NCBI GenBank assembly: GCA_002773695.1
Contig: PFAJ01000006.1
Coordinates: forward strand, 1 to 56,765
DNA from: Candidatus Doudnabacteria bacterium CG10_big_fil_rev_8_21_14_0_10_41_10
GTDB taxonomy: Bacteria > Patescibacteriota > Doudnabacteria > UBA920 > 2-01-FULL-50-11
Direction of reading: 5' to 3'
Length of the DNA: 56,765 nt
The notes beneath the pieces are model-generated. The model worked only from the letters and a program-made list of their open reading frames with translations. It did not search any database and had not been told where the DNA came from. Positions 46,967-55,573 of this stretch are shown in pieces. Positions within the stretch are counted from its first letter, which is position 1; the number at the start of each line of letters is the position of its first letter. The position numbers were made by a program, and so were the translations under genes.

Positions 46967-47575
46967 CTATTGTTTCTGATAATATGTTTCAATTACCATA
47001 TCGAACATCGGAATTTCTTCTCCATCTCCAATTTCGATATTTAAAATCTTCACCTCAAGTAATCTTAAATTTTTCTCTATTGACTCTAAAAAATTAACGA
47101 ATTGATCCGCTGTCCCAACCACTGCCAAATCTATCTTCAAAGTAACCAACTTGGGTTTAACGAATGCCCCACTGGGATCTTCCTGTATAATTTCGTCCTG
47201 ACTGCTTTTCGGTTGAGCTCCTCCGGTGGGATCTACCACTTCGGTTACGCTCAATTTGCTAATCGACATGGTATTTAAAAACACCAATTCTTCCAGATCA
47301 GCGATTAAATCAGGGACCGATGGGGTTGTTGGCAGGGCTTCTTTCAAATCTGCCAATCTTGCTTCTTCGCCTTCATAATTCGACATTAAGAGATCTATTT
47401 GATCTAGGGTTACGTTCTTTTCAATCAATTTAATCTGCGTCGCCGTTAAACCGGCTTTGGCATTTTTATAGTCCTTAAATGCCGGCCATAATACAACCCA
47501 AGCTATCGCCAGGACCGAGATAAGCATAACTAATGCAATCAGCTGGTTTCGAGTTTGTGACTTTCTTATAGCCAT
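46967..47575 (-). CDS. pilO: PilO-like pilus assembly protein
   Basis: 202-aa ORF with a single N-terminal TM helix, a coiled-coil segment and an alpha/beta domain. Its position after pilN is the main evidence. Confidence 0.55.
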   Translation of the reverse strand: MAIRKSQTRNQLIALVMLISVLAIAWVVLWPAFKDYKNAKAGLTATQIKLIEKNVTLDQIDLLMSNYEGEEARLADLKEALPTTPSVPDLIADLEELVFLNTMSISKLSVTEVVDPTGGAQPKSSQDEIIQEDPSGAFVKPKLVTLKIDLAVVGTADQFVNFLESIEKNLRLLEVKILNIEIGDGEEIPMFDMVIETYYQKQ

Positions 47576-47592
47576 AAATCTTTAAACTAACT

Positions 47593-48168
47593 TTATGTAG
47601 AAGCTGAATTTAATAACAAAGAATTATTCATCTCAACTAAAATTTCAAATTTTACCATACCCGAATCTTCTTCCGGAGTTGAATCCAAAAGTTCCACTCT
47701 TAAAAAATTGGGTGAATTTTCTAAGCCCAACATAACCTTGCCCAGTTCGGTAAAATTTATCGCATAACCGCCAACTACAAATTTACCATCATCTGACACC
47801 GATTGCATAGTGGTAAAACGAACAGTTTTCAAAGTCACTTTAGAAAGTTCGTCCCAAGCCTTGGTCCATCGCATATGTTTATCTAAAAGTGTGGTAAAAT
47901 TATCCAAAGTAAACTGCGCGCCAATCGCGACATTTATCTCTTCCATTCTGTCGTTTATTCGCGACTCCATTTCAGAAGCTTCTATTTTTAAACTTTCTTG
48001 AGTCCTGTTGACAACTGAACTTAAAAAATAAAAAGTCCCAAACACCGCCGCTTCCAACACCAAAATCACCACGACTATCCATATAAAGACCGCTTTGGTG
48101 TCTGCGTTTGAAGATTCAGACTGTTTGGATAAACGAGCCCCACCCAATAAATTTGTAGCTGATCCCAT
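47593..48168 (-). CDS. pilN: PilN-like pilus assembly protein
   Basis: 191-aa ORF with a single TM helix after a short cytoplasmic N-terminus. It lies immediately downstream of pilM. Confidence 0.55.
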   Translation of the reverse strand: MGSATNLLGGARLSKQSESSNADTKAVFIWIVVVILVLEAAVFGTFYFLSSVVNRTQESLKIEASEMESRINDRMEEINVAIGAQFTLDNFTTLLDKHMRWTKAWDELSKVTLKTVRFTTMQSVSDDGKFVVGGYAINFTELGKVMLGLENSPNFLRVELLDSTPEEDSGMVKFEILVEMNNSLLLNSAST

Positions 48169-48174
48169 ACAATT

Positions 48175-49272
48175 TTAGTGTTCCGTCCTTAAAGCCAACC
48201 CAACCCCAACTGTTAATTGTGAAGATAAGGCAGAAAGTTTAGCCTCGACTTTTGGGTCATATATTATTTTTGCCAAAGGGTTCCCTCGGGTCACTTTTGG
48301 TCCCAATAGAATAAATTCTTGATCTATATTTTCCAGCTCCGACCCCCCACCGGTTAAAATTATTTCTGAAACTTTTTTTCCTTGGCTGGTCATAATTTTC
48401 ATCAACTGCTCACACTCGGACTTGATTATTTCTATTACTGTTCCCGCGACCTGTAGTGTTGGAGTGACGGTTTGTTTTTGAAAAGAAGATCTTTTTATTT
48501 CTTCAGCGCGATCAAAACTAACTCCAAAAGCCGAAGCGATGCTGTCTGTTATAGAATCACCGCCAACTGTCAAATGCCTTGACCCGTACAAATATCCTCG
48601 GTCAACCAAAGTTAAATTTGTTGTTTTAGCGCCAATATCGACTATTAAAACCCCGTTTGGAGTTTGAGGGCCAACCAGCGCCCGAATTTGAGATAAAGTT
48701 TCTACCTCCAGCGCCACAGGCTCTAACCCGGCCGCGTCAATTATATGTAAATAATTATTAACAACGTTTTTGGCAAGTGCTGTCAACAAAACATCTACTC
48801 CTTGATCTTGTTTTGGCGCTACAGGCTCTTCACCTTCTATATCTTCTTTATCTTCTTTCTTTTTTAAAATCGGTACCTTCAAAGCCTTTTCTTGCCGTAT
48901 AATTTGCCAGCTCAAATTTACATCTTGTAAAGGCAATGGAATATATTTTTGCGCCTTATATTCGATAGAGCTCTGTATGTCCTTTTCCGGAATCGAAGGT
49001 AAATTCAAAATTGAAACAAATACCATATTAGCAGGCATGGAAACAACGACTTTTTTGGTCGTAAAATTCGATCGTTTGTACAAATCACTCAAAACTTCCG
49101 CGGTTTGATCTAATATGTTAAATTTTCCCTCGCCTCCAGCCGGATATACCACATGAACCATCCCATAACTTTCAAGTATGGCTGTTCCTTTTTCTTGTTT
49201 TATCTGAACCGCCTTTATATAAGAGGTCCCTATGTCAATCCCCAGTACACTTTTACTCCTTGAAAAAAGCAT
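48175..49272 (-). CDS. pilM: type IV pilus assembly protein PilM (actin-like ATPase fold)
   Basis: 365-aa ORF with VLGIDIGTSYIKAV, IVDIGAKTTNL and ILTGGGSE phosphate-binding motifs. Confidence 0.85.
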   Translation of the reverse strand: MLFSRSKSVLGIDIGTSYIKAVQIKQEKGTAILESYGMVHVVYPAGGEGKFNILDQTAEVLSDLYKRSNFTTKKVVVSMPANMVFVSILNLPSIPEKDIQSSIEYKAQKYIPLPLQDVNLSWQIIRQEKALKVPILKKKEDKEDIEGEEPVAPKQDQGVDVLLTALAKNVVNNYLHIIDAAGLEPVALEVETLSQIRALVGPQTPNGVLIVDIGAKTTNLTLVDRGYLYGSRHLTVGGDSITDSIASAFGVSFDRAEEIKRSSFQKQTVTPTLQVAGTVIEIIKSECEQLMKIMTSQGKKVSEIILTGGGSELENIDQEFILLGPKVTRGNPLAKIIYDPKVEAKLSALSSQLTVGVGLALRTEH

Positions 49273-49368
49273 AAATTTTTATTTATCTTTCAGTCTTCTT
49301 TTTAATTTAATGTTTTTGTGTCAGATACTTCAAGAAAATTGGACAATAAATTGCCTTTCATTAAAAAA

Positions 49369-49398
49369 ATTATAACACGTGGATAACATTTTTGTCAA
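49369..49398 (-). promoter_or_regulatory. near-consensus sigma70 promoter for the pilM operon
   Basis: On the minus strand, TTGACA (49398-49393) is followed after 18 nt by TATAAT (49374-49369), about 95 nt upstream of the pilM ATG. It lies 22 nt from the IS end. Confidence 0.5.
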
Positions 49399-49419
49399 AA
49401 TTATTTCTTCCGTAGCTAC

Positions 49420-50658
49420 ACTGATAGTACACAACTAATCGCCAGCCGTTTGCCCTGGTTTTACCTGGCTAAAAGCCTTTGGAACAAGGCAAGGAAGCGG
49501 CCTAAAATAATGGTAAAGTCTTCACACCTAACCATCAACCTTAAAGACATCGCTTCCTTAGTATGGTCAATATACAACAGAGTTATCAAGAGCTCAAAAT
49601 CCGCTTTGGGCCCAAGACAGCCAGGGAATTGCTGCAGGATTGCCTAAAGCAAAACGACAATAATATATCAAAGGCTGCCAGAAAGCTAAAATGCAACAGA
49701 AGGACGGTTATGAAAGCGCTGGTTAAAAAAGAACAAAACAATCTAATGGACGCAAAGCACATACCTAACAGTCAGCCCAGGCAGACTAAACCGGAAATTG
49801 AGGCTCTTGTCCTTAAGTGGCGGGAACAGACCAAACGTGGCAAAAAACGACTACGTAAAATCTTTTTAGACGAAGAAAAAATCACTCTGCCGATATCCAC
49901 CATAGGAAAAATTCTGAAAAGGAACAATGTTAAACTGCGGTACAAGAAACGGAAACACAGAAGCAGTAATCCGCAGGCTTATAATTTTTCCAGCCTCATG
50001 CCATTTGAGAAGTTCCAGTATGACACAAAAGATTACCTTGATAAACAGGCCTTAAAGTAGGAAGCTTACAATCATGTCATCACGCGCGGCCTGCCCCATT
50101 ACCAGTGGACCTTTATTGATGTTAAAAACAGAATCAGATTTCTGGCCTGGTCGTACGAGCTGACCCGAAACTGCGGCATGGCCTTTGAATTGTTGGCTAA
50201 GAGCTGGCTTACTGCCCACGGATTAGCATAAGACCAAATCGAGGCGCGAAGCGATGGCGGAGGAGAAGTTGGGGTTTTAAGGAAAAGCTTTTTTGAAAGA
50301 AACAACCAGCTCTGGTGGCAACTTTTAGGCATAAAGCGCAAAATTATCAGAAAAGGGCATCCGGAGGACGACAGCTTTGTCGAACGATCGCATTTGACTG
50401 ACGATGAAAAATTTTATCTGCCTTTTTTAAGCCAAATTAATTCTGAACAGGAATTATTACAGCGTGGTATGTGGTGGCAGGACTATTACAACCGGCTGAG
50501 AGGACACCAGAGTCTGAATGACCTATCGCCCTACCAGTACTTATAATCTAAAAATTATATCCTACCCGAATCTTTTTGCCGTTTCCCTTCCGTTATCTTG
50601 GACACTATTTGCGTGCAGCCAGAGGTTATTGACTGGTCAAAAGTTGTGTATGATCAGT
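49420..50658 (+). mobile_element. insertion sequence with rve (DDE integrase-core) transposase, IS481-like, decayed
   Basis: The terminal inverted repeats are ACTGATAGTACACAACT (49420-49436) and AGTTGTGTATGATCAGT (50642-50658). They enclose a single transposase reading frame. Confidence 0.7.
49563..50546 (+). pseudogene. rve-family transposase interrupted by two in-frame stop codons
   Basis: One continuous frame: HTH N-terminus (ISKAARKLKCNRRTVMKAL), FQYDTKDY (D), TAG at 50058, YQWTFIDVKNRIRFLA, TAA at 50229, EARSDGGGEV (D), DDSFVERSHLTDDE (E). No frameshift. Confidence 0.7.
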
Positions 50659-50694
50659 TTGACCATGACCATTTAGAAGTGGATAACATTGGAT

Positions 50695-50731
50695 AAAATA
50701 ATAAAAAATAAACCGGTAATCCGATTTATTT
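50695..50731 (-). terminator. rho-independent terminator after the DUF1905 gene
   Basis: On the minus strand, AAATAAATCGG atta CCGGTTTATTT is followed by TTTTATTATTTT. Confidence 0.55.
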
Positions 50732-50748
50732 TCGTCTATAAAATTCGA

Positions 50749-51051
50749 CTAAACCCGAATCTCGATTGAATAAGAAATCTTCTGTCCAGCGACGATCCCT
50801 TTTTTCTTCCGAATTTCTGCTTTTAGCGGTAAAAGATACTTCCCGGATTTTTTATCTGGAAAAATTGAAGTATTCCAGCTGATTTTATCCACCCCCACCT
50901 TTACCGGAAGCGATCCCCAACCTCCGGCCATCTCCCCAAACAATTTTTTAATCTCTTGTGACTGCTTTTTGGAAACATTTACAAAATGCCATGCTGTCTT
51001 GCCAGGGTAAATCCAAACCTTTCCTCGAATCTGATACAAAGGATTCTTCAT
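50749..51051 (-). CDS. DUF1905 domain protein
   Basis: The ATG at 51051 (MKNPLYQIRGKVWIYPGKTAWHFVNV...) avoids the overlap with the VIT1 gene that the longer ORF-track version creates. WGSLPVKV...SIFPDKKSGKYLLPLK matches DUF1905 as I recall it. Confidence 0.6.
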   Translation of the reverse strand: MKNPLYQIRGKVWIYPGKTAWHFVNVSKKQSQEIKKLFGEMAGGWGSLPVKVGVDKISWNTSIFPDKKSGKYLLPLKAEIRKKKGIVAGQKISYSIEIRV

Positions 51052-51100
51052 AATTTTCTTGGTTTTGAACCCTCCACGCACGCTAATAATTTTTAAAAAA

Positions 51101-51799
51101 TTAGCTAAATTTCGCCGCAATTCCTCCGACAATATAACCAACCACCAGGGCAACTGTCCCAAGTGATAAGATTCGTCCACCAGCTTTAAACCAAGATCCT
51201 TTTGTATACTTGGTTGTTGCCACGCCTAGCGCAAACAAACCTGCCAGGGTGACAACGATAGAAACAGGCGTAGCGCGAGGCACTGACAAAATAAAATAAG
51301 CAAATAACGGAACCATTCCGCCAACAATATACGACGCATACATAAATATCGCTTTTTTAAGAGGACCGGTTGAAGGATCTTGGGCAATGCTCAACTCGCG
51401 GTAGGCCATCTCTTTGAGCATAAGTTTTTTATTTTCTGACGCGACTCGTGACATTTCTTGCACGATTTTATTGGGCCACCCGTCTTTAACAAATAAATTT
51501 TTCAGCTCTTCTTTTTCTTCTTTGGGATATTGTTGGATTTCCTCTTTTTCCTCCAAAAGCCTTCTTTGATTGACATCTTGTTCCGAGCGATTCGCCAGAT
51601 ACGAACCAATACCCATAGAAATTGATTCAACCGCGATGATAACCGTTCCCGCCAAAATAACCGTAAAATGATCCTGGCTCCCGATTGCTATACCGGTGAT
51701 TGCTCCAAGGGTCGAAACCATTCCGTCTTCAACGCCGAAAACAACCTCTCGAATAGTCGAACTGCTGGTTGTGTTATGTTGGTGATTATATTTTATCAT
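51101..51799 (-). CDS. VIT1/CCC1-family iron/manganese transporter
   Basis: 232-aa ORF with VFGVEDGMVSTLGAITGIA, an acidic cytoplasmic loop (EEKEEIQQYPKEEKEE) and 5 TM helices. Confidence 0.75.
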   Translation of the reverse strand: MIKYNHQHNTTSSSTIREVVFGVEDGMVSTLGAITGIAIGSQDHFTVILAGTVIIAVESISMGIGSYLANRSEQDVNQRRLLEEKEEIQQYPKEEKEELKNLFVKDGWPNKIVQEMSRVASENKKLMLKEMAYRELSIAQDPSTGPLKKAIFMYASYIVGGMVPLFAYFILSVPRATPVSIVVTLAGLFALGVATTKYTKGSWFKAGGRILSLGTVALVVGYIVGGIAAKFS

Positions 51800-52108
51800 C
51801 AGCTCTAATTAATCAAGTATAAAGAAAATTCTCAAAAATATTTCAATTGTGTAGTGGAACGGTATTTATCTGGAAAAAATTTTTTACCATCGCTCCCCAT
51901 TTTTTGAGTATATTTATAAAAACACCAAAGAGACTTACCCGGAGAAATCCAAACTTTTTTTAATTTGTAAATCGTTTTTTTAGAGTCTTAAACACGCAAG
52001 ATTGTTACCTATTTAAATTATAACATAAAAAAAGATACGACAAATTGCGTAGCTTCTTGCGAGCCGGGCTTCGCCCGGCAAAAGACGGCAAGTGCGTAAG
52101 CCCTAAAC

Positions 52109-53209
52109 TTATCTCACAACCTCATACAACTCCACCGGCCCATCAGACCTTTCCACATTAAATTTTACCCGGCCCAGGGTTTGACCGCGTTGGGTTTTTA
52201 TATACACCCGCCAGGATCCGGGCGGTAAAACGGTTTTTAAAGAATACCCTCGGAAACCCTCACGCCGGCCGCCGATTAAATTAAAAGACAATCTATCTTT
52301 GACAATCCACTTGCCCTGCTGTTCATCGTAATATTGCCATTCATGAACAATCGCGGTGTTCAGTTCTTTGGGCGCGTAAATAGAGCTGAAAACATAGGCG
52401 GGTTGGCCCGGTCGCAGATGAATGCTTCGACCCGGAATTATTTTTTCCAAAAAACTTTCCCGCTCGCCGCGCAAAATATACTGCCCACCGCTTTTCGCGA
52501 TACTATGGTAAACACCGATCTCGCGCATTGCCAGAGGCACGGGAGGAAGAAGGTTGGTAAAATAAAATAAGTTGATAATCAGTAAAATAGACGCGACGGA
52601 AATAGTTAAATATGAACCGTTAAATTTTTCCGCACCCGCGTTTTTTTTCAGAAGCCATGAAAATAACGCGATGTATACTGAGGTTATAGCCCCGGACAAA
52701 ACAAACAATAATGGACTTAGGGAATTGAAGATAAAAGGCAGACTAACAGAAAATATGGAAAGGGTGGCAAAAAAATAAACGCTTAACTGTACTGTGGGCC
52801 GCGCAAAGTGATGCCTCAAAGCGTCATTTGAAATCATGAGCGCTACAAAAGCCAAAATAAACGGCCAACTTACCCAGACGCTTCCGGAAAACCAATAAAA
52901 AATAAAAGAGTTGCTTAACATCCCTCCAAAGGTAAACTGCACCACCAGCGGGATAAACAGCCGGACATATTTGAACCTTTCCGGTAGTTTACCGGCATCA
53001 AACGCGTAAATAAAAATAATAGCGGAAGCGCAAATTACCCAGTAAATAAAAAGGATAATAATGGCGGTGTTGACTTGAATGTTAACAAAGGTAATATAGT
53101 CGCCCAAAAAACCGAAAGCCAAAGTCACCGGCATCAGCCAGCGTTCATATTTGGCGTAAAATTCTTTGACTTTTTGATAATGAAATTTGAAAGCAAAAAC
53201 CCTGCGCAT
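52109..53209 (-). CDS. membrane protein with C-terminal DUF2914-like domain
   Basis: 366-aa ORF with about 7 TM helices, then a beta-rich domain (HEWQYYDEQQGKWIV...GGRREGFRGYS...GSWRVYIKT). The first ~105 nt are duplicated at 54778-54882. Confidence 0.55.
   Translation of the reverse strand: MRRVFAFKFHYQKVKEFYAKYERWLMPVTLAFGFLGDYITFVNIQVNTAIIILFIYWVICASAIIFIYAFDAGKLPERFKYVRLFIPLVVQFTFGGMLSNSFIFYWFSGSVWVSWPFILAFVALMISNDALRHHFARPTVQLSVYFFATLSIFSVSLPFIFNSLSPLLFVLSGAITSVYIALFSWLLKKNAGAEKFNGSYLTISVASILLIINLFYFTNLLPPVPLAMREIGVYHSIAKSGGQYILRGERESFLEKIIPGRSIHLRPGQPAYVFSSIYAPKELNTAIVHEWQYYDEQQGKWIVKDRLSFNLIGGRREGFRGYSLKTVLPPGSWRVYIKTQRGQTLGRVKFNVERSDGPVELYEVVR
53097..53201. repeat. 105-bp direct repeat, copy A (5' end of the DUF2914 gene)
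   Basis: Matches 54778-54882 with only 3 mismatches by eye (TAGTCG[CC/GC][C/T]AAAAAACCGAAAGCCAAAGTCACCGGCATCAGCCAGCGTTCATATTTGGCG...). Confidence 0.85.
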
Positions 53210-53530
53210 ATATTCTCTGTATACCCCGTGAAGATGCGGAGCATATTCTACCAGAGTCGCCCCGCAAAAGCCCCTTCATTAGCCTCTCCTTTAGTGAGGG
53301 GAGATGTCCCGAGCGGAGTCGAGGGGTAGAGACCTTAAAGGGTGATCCGGGATCCAGATGCTATCTTAAAATTTTATTCTTCAAGCTTGCCTGCCTTCCG
53401 TAGCTTTTTGTGAAGGATGGGTCAAGAAACACTTTAAAGTAAGTATAGACTTATTTTACCCATAAAAAAACTCGCTGACTGAAAAAGCCAAACGAGTGCG
53501 GACCCAGCTGGTGGATCGTCTGAGCTGTGA

Positions 53531-54535
53531 CTAGGTGGGGGCAAGGAAGGTAATGACCGCCTTTTCGAACTTCTGGTTCGTGAAGGTGAGCTGTCTGGCA
53601 AAATGTGTAAGCGGCGCAAAAACCAGACTGTAACTGAATGCTTCGCCTGGTAACAGTCCTCTGCTGTAATGATTAGAGCAACCGTTACTCCCCCAGAAAC
53701 TAAAGTCGCCGTCATTCGATCGCAGTTTCAGCCCTTCTCCTTCGTCAGAGACCATGTAGGTATCTTCGCTTTCGGGCTCGGATAGGCAAATCAACTTTCC
53801 CGTACAGCCGTTTCTGTACTCAACCCGGAGCACAAGAGCATTCGTGCCGAGCCGCATACCAACAATCCTCATGGTGGCGCAGCCTTCTAGAGTCTCATAC
53901 ATTAGATGCTGCCAGCTGAATACTTCAATGTAGCTCTTGCTAAGTTGCGGCTCCACGGTGTATTGGAAACCCGCGGAACCGGGCGGCGGAGGGGGCTCTG
54001 CCCGGGGAAACGAGCTGGCGCCAATATCGCTTGGGTGCAGCTCTGCAAACCGCTGGATCTTGTCAGCGTACTGCTTGACCGCTTCCCTGGTAAGGGACTG
54101 CATCTCCTCGCCCGTAACCGGGTGATACTTGTACCCCAGCGGCTGGAGGTCGATTTCCCCGTTAGAGAGAACGATGTAAACATAGCGCGGCTGGCCTGTA
54201 ACGGGGTTAAAATACTCGCCTGCGCCGGGCAGCGAAACAACGTACATCAGAAGCATCCATCCGGTAATAGCGGCGCCGAAGATGAGTGTTCCCTGTTCGG
54301 TGCGCCGGAGTATGAACTTCCAGATCAAGTGTCGCAGGAGCAAAGCGGCGATGGTCATCATCGCCACACTCATCGCGTTCACTAGATAGTCGTTAGTCAC
54401 GCCGACGCCGCGAAAAGTGGACGCGAATTTGCTGAAAAGACCCCACAACATCAACAGGTCCAGAAGCCGCATGCCCGCCAAAACCACCAAAGCGGCAGTG
54501 ACGAGTTTACCCCAATTCTTCGATAGCAAGTTCAT
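53531..54535 (-). CDS. hypothetical membrane protein (4 TM helices plus a ~190-aa Cys-containing beta-rich domain), GC-rich
   Basis: 334-aa ORF. Its ATG overlaps the TGA of the upstream small ORF (ATGA). Composition is clearly GC-richer than the flanks. No family recognised. Confidence 0.7.
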   Translation of the reverse strand: MNLLSKNWGKLVTAALVVLAGMRLLDLLMLWGLFSKFASTFRGVGVTNDYLVNAMSVAMMTIAALLLRHLIWKFILRRTEQGTLIFGAAITGWMLLMYVVSLPGAGEYFNPVTGQPRYVYIVLSNGEIDLQPLGYKYHPVTGEEMQSLTREAVKQYADKIQRFAELHPSDIGASSFPRAEPPPPPGSAGFQYTVEPQLSKSYIEVFSWQHLMYETLEGCATMRIVGMRLGTNALVLRVEYRNGCTGKLICLSEPESEDTYMVSDEGEGLKLRSNDGDFSFWGSNGCSNHYSRGLLPGEAFSYSLVFAPLTHFARQLTFTNQKFEKAVITFLAPT

Positions 54536-54705
54536 CGTTTCTTCCTCTTCTTCTGGATGCCGAGAGCGGCCGCAACGGCGAGAACGCTAAGAAATGTCCC
54601 CGCCAGAAACCATCGGTAAGGGTCACGGTTTTGCTTCTTCGCCCAGAAGGCTAGAGCAAAACCCATCCCCAAGGACAAAAATACAGCCATCACATAGCTG
54701 TTCAT
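54532..54705 (-). CDS. small two-TM membrane protein (57 aa), translationally coupled to 53531-54535
   Basis: Below the ORF-track size cutoff. ATG at 54705 with AGGAGG (54716-54711) 5 nt upstream. MNSYVMAVFLSLGMGFALAFWAKKQNRDPYRWFLAGTFLSVLAVAAALGIQKKRKKR. Confidence 0.6.
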   Translation of the reverse strand: MNSYVMAVFLSLGMGFALAFWAKKQNRDPYRWFLAGTFLSVLAVAAALGIQKKRKKR

Positions 54706-54742
54706 TATAACCTCCTAGAGGCTGGAATGTTCGATTAAACGT

Positions 54743-54771
54743 ATTATAACGAATGTTGATAATCCGGGCAA
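54743..54771 (-). promoter_or_regulatory. sigma70-like promoter for the two-gene GC-rich cassette
   Basis: On the minus strand, TTGCCC (54771-54766) is followed after 17 nt by TATAAT (54748-54743), about 38 nt upstream of the 54705 ATG. Confidence 0.5.
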
Positions 54772-54893
54772 TAACAGTAGTCGGCTAAAAAACCGAAAGC
54801 CAAAGTCACCGGCATCAGCCAGCGTTCATATTTGGCGTAAAATTCTTTGACTTTTTGATAATGAGATTTGAAAGCAAAAACCTTCCTGACGGA
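54744..54893 (-). pseudogene. 5' fragment duplicate of the DUF2914 membrane-protein gene
   Basis: Encodes ...RKVFAFKSHYQKVKEFYAKYERWLMPVTLAFGFLADY, against MRRVFAFKFHYQKVKEFYAKYERWLMPVTLAFGFLGDY in the intact gene. It then diverges and stops at 54744. Confidence 0.7.
54778..54882. repeat. 105-bp direct repeat, copy B
   Basis: See 53097-53201. Confidence 0.85.
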
Positions 54894-54928
54894 AATCCTG
54901 GATTTTTTAACTATCACATCTGACATTT

Positions 54929-55573
54929 TTATTCTCCTACCTGATAACAACCTTTCCATTCGTCAAAAGCCCGCGTGTAACCGTTTTTTTTGAAAATTGG
55001 TCTGATTGTAATAAAAAGGTTATGAAAGATACTGATCTTGTTTTTATCTAAAAGGTCATCGAGTTTTTTTATAAGTTCACCCTTTTTCCACGGAAATTTA
55101 GTTAATGGATATTTGTTTAGCTCCCATTCTAAATATTTATTATAGGGTCTGACTCTGCCTTCCAAAGCAAAAATCGCTTCCAAAAAAAATGGTATTCCTT
55201 CTATAACTTCGAGTTTTGCGGCTTTTTTAAACCCATCCCTCAGATTTTTTTCAACCCTAAAAACCTGATTTATAAAAGCTCCTAAAGCATTGCTAATAAT
55301 CACCTTCTGTTTTTTCTTTGGCATTCTTGCTTTTTCCCGCATAATTTTTTTAATCTTACCCGTCCTGTCAAACAAGGGTTTAAGATGCGCGAAATTATAC
55401 CTATCCCAAACCATTTTTGTGCCATACTCTGCGTGTTTTTTTAATCCGTCTAAAGTAAAAACCCCAATCTCGATTTGAGACTTCTCCCTGTTCCCATACT
55501 TTCGCCTATATAACTGTAAAACTTTATCTTTAACAATCATTTTGGCATCGTAATCCGAGTATTTAGTTTCCAT
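54929..55573 (-). CDS. nucleotidyltransferase-domain protein (KNTase/MNT-like) with helical C-terminal domain; 5' end unresolved
   Basis: The 214-aa ORF starts at METKYSDYD. However, the in-frame upstream codons (to 55678) read NKFQKIIAEVKKDKNVLAFWVDGSRGKK, which is the GS-x-G ... D-x-D nucleotidyltransferase motif, so the real N-terminus lies upstream of the annotated ATG. Confidence 0.6.
   Translation of the reverse strand: METKYSDYDAKMIVKDKVLQLYRRKYGNREKSQIEIGVFTLDGLKKHAEYGTKMVWDRYNFAHLKPLFDRTGKIKKIMREKARMPKKKQKVIISNALGAFINQVFRVEKNLRDGFKKAAKLEVIEGIPFFLEAIFALEGRVRPYNKYLEWELNKYPLTKFPWKKGELIKKLDDLLDKNKISIFHNLFITIRPIFKKNGYTRAFDEWKGCYQVGE

Noticed and set aside
50058-50231. Whether the in-frame TAG and TAA in the transposase indicate stop-codon reassignment.
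   Set aside because: TAA, TAG and TGA all terminate well-supported genes throughout the window, and all long ORFs read normally in the standard code. Nonsense decay of an IS is the simpler reading.
51800-52108. A possible Mn-responsive yybP-ykoY-type riboswitch in the 309-nt leader of the VIT1 transporter gene.
   Set aside because: Only a loose GGGGAGCGA resemblance to the GGGGAGUAG element was seen, and it is in the wrong order relative to the other conserved segment. This cannot be supported without a covariance-model search.
53434-54385. Alternative ORFs 53434-53715, 53902-54240 (-), 53906-54385 and 53937-54125 (+) inside the GC-rich cassette.
   Set aside because: They overlap the 334-aa ORF, which has a coupled upstream gene, a strong ribosome site and sensible TM topology. 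The alternatives are Arg/Pro/Ser-rich shadow frames of GC-rich DNA.
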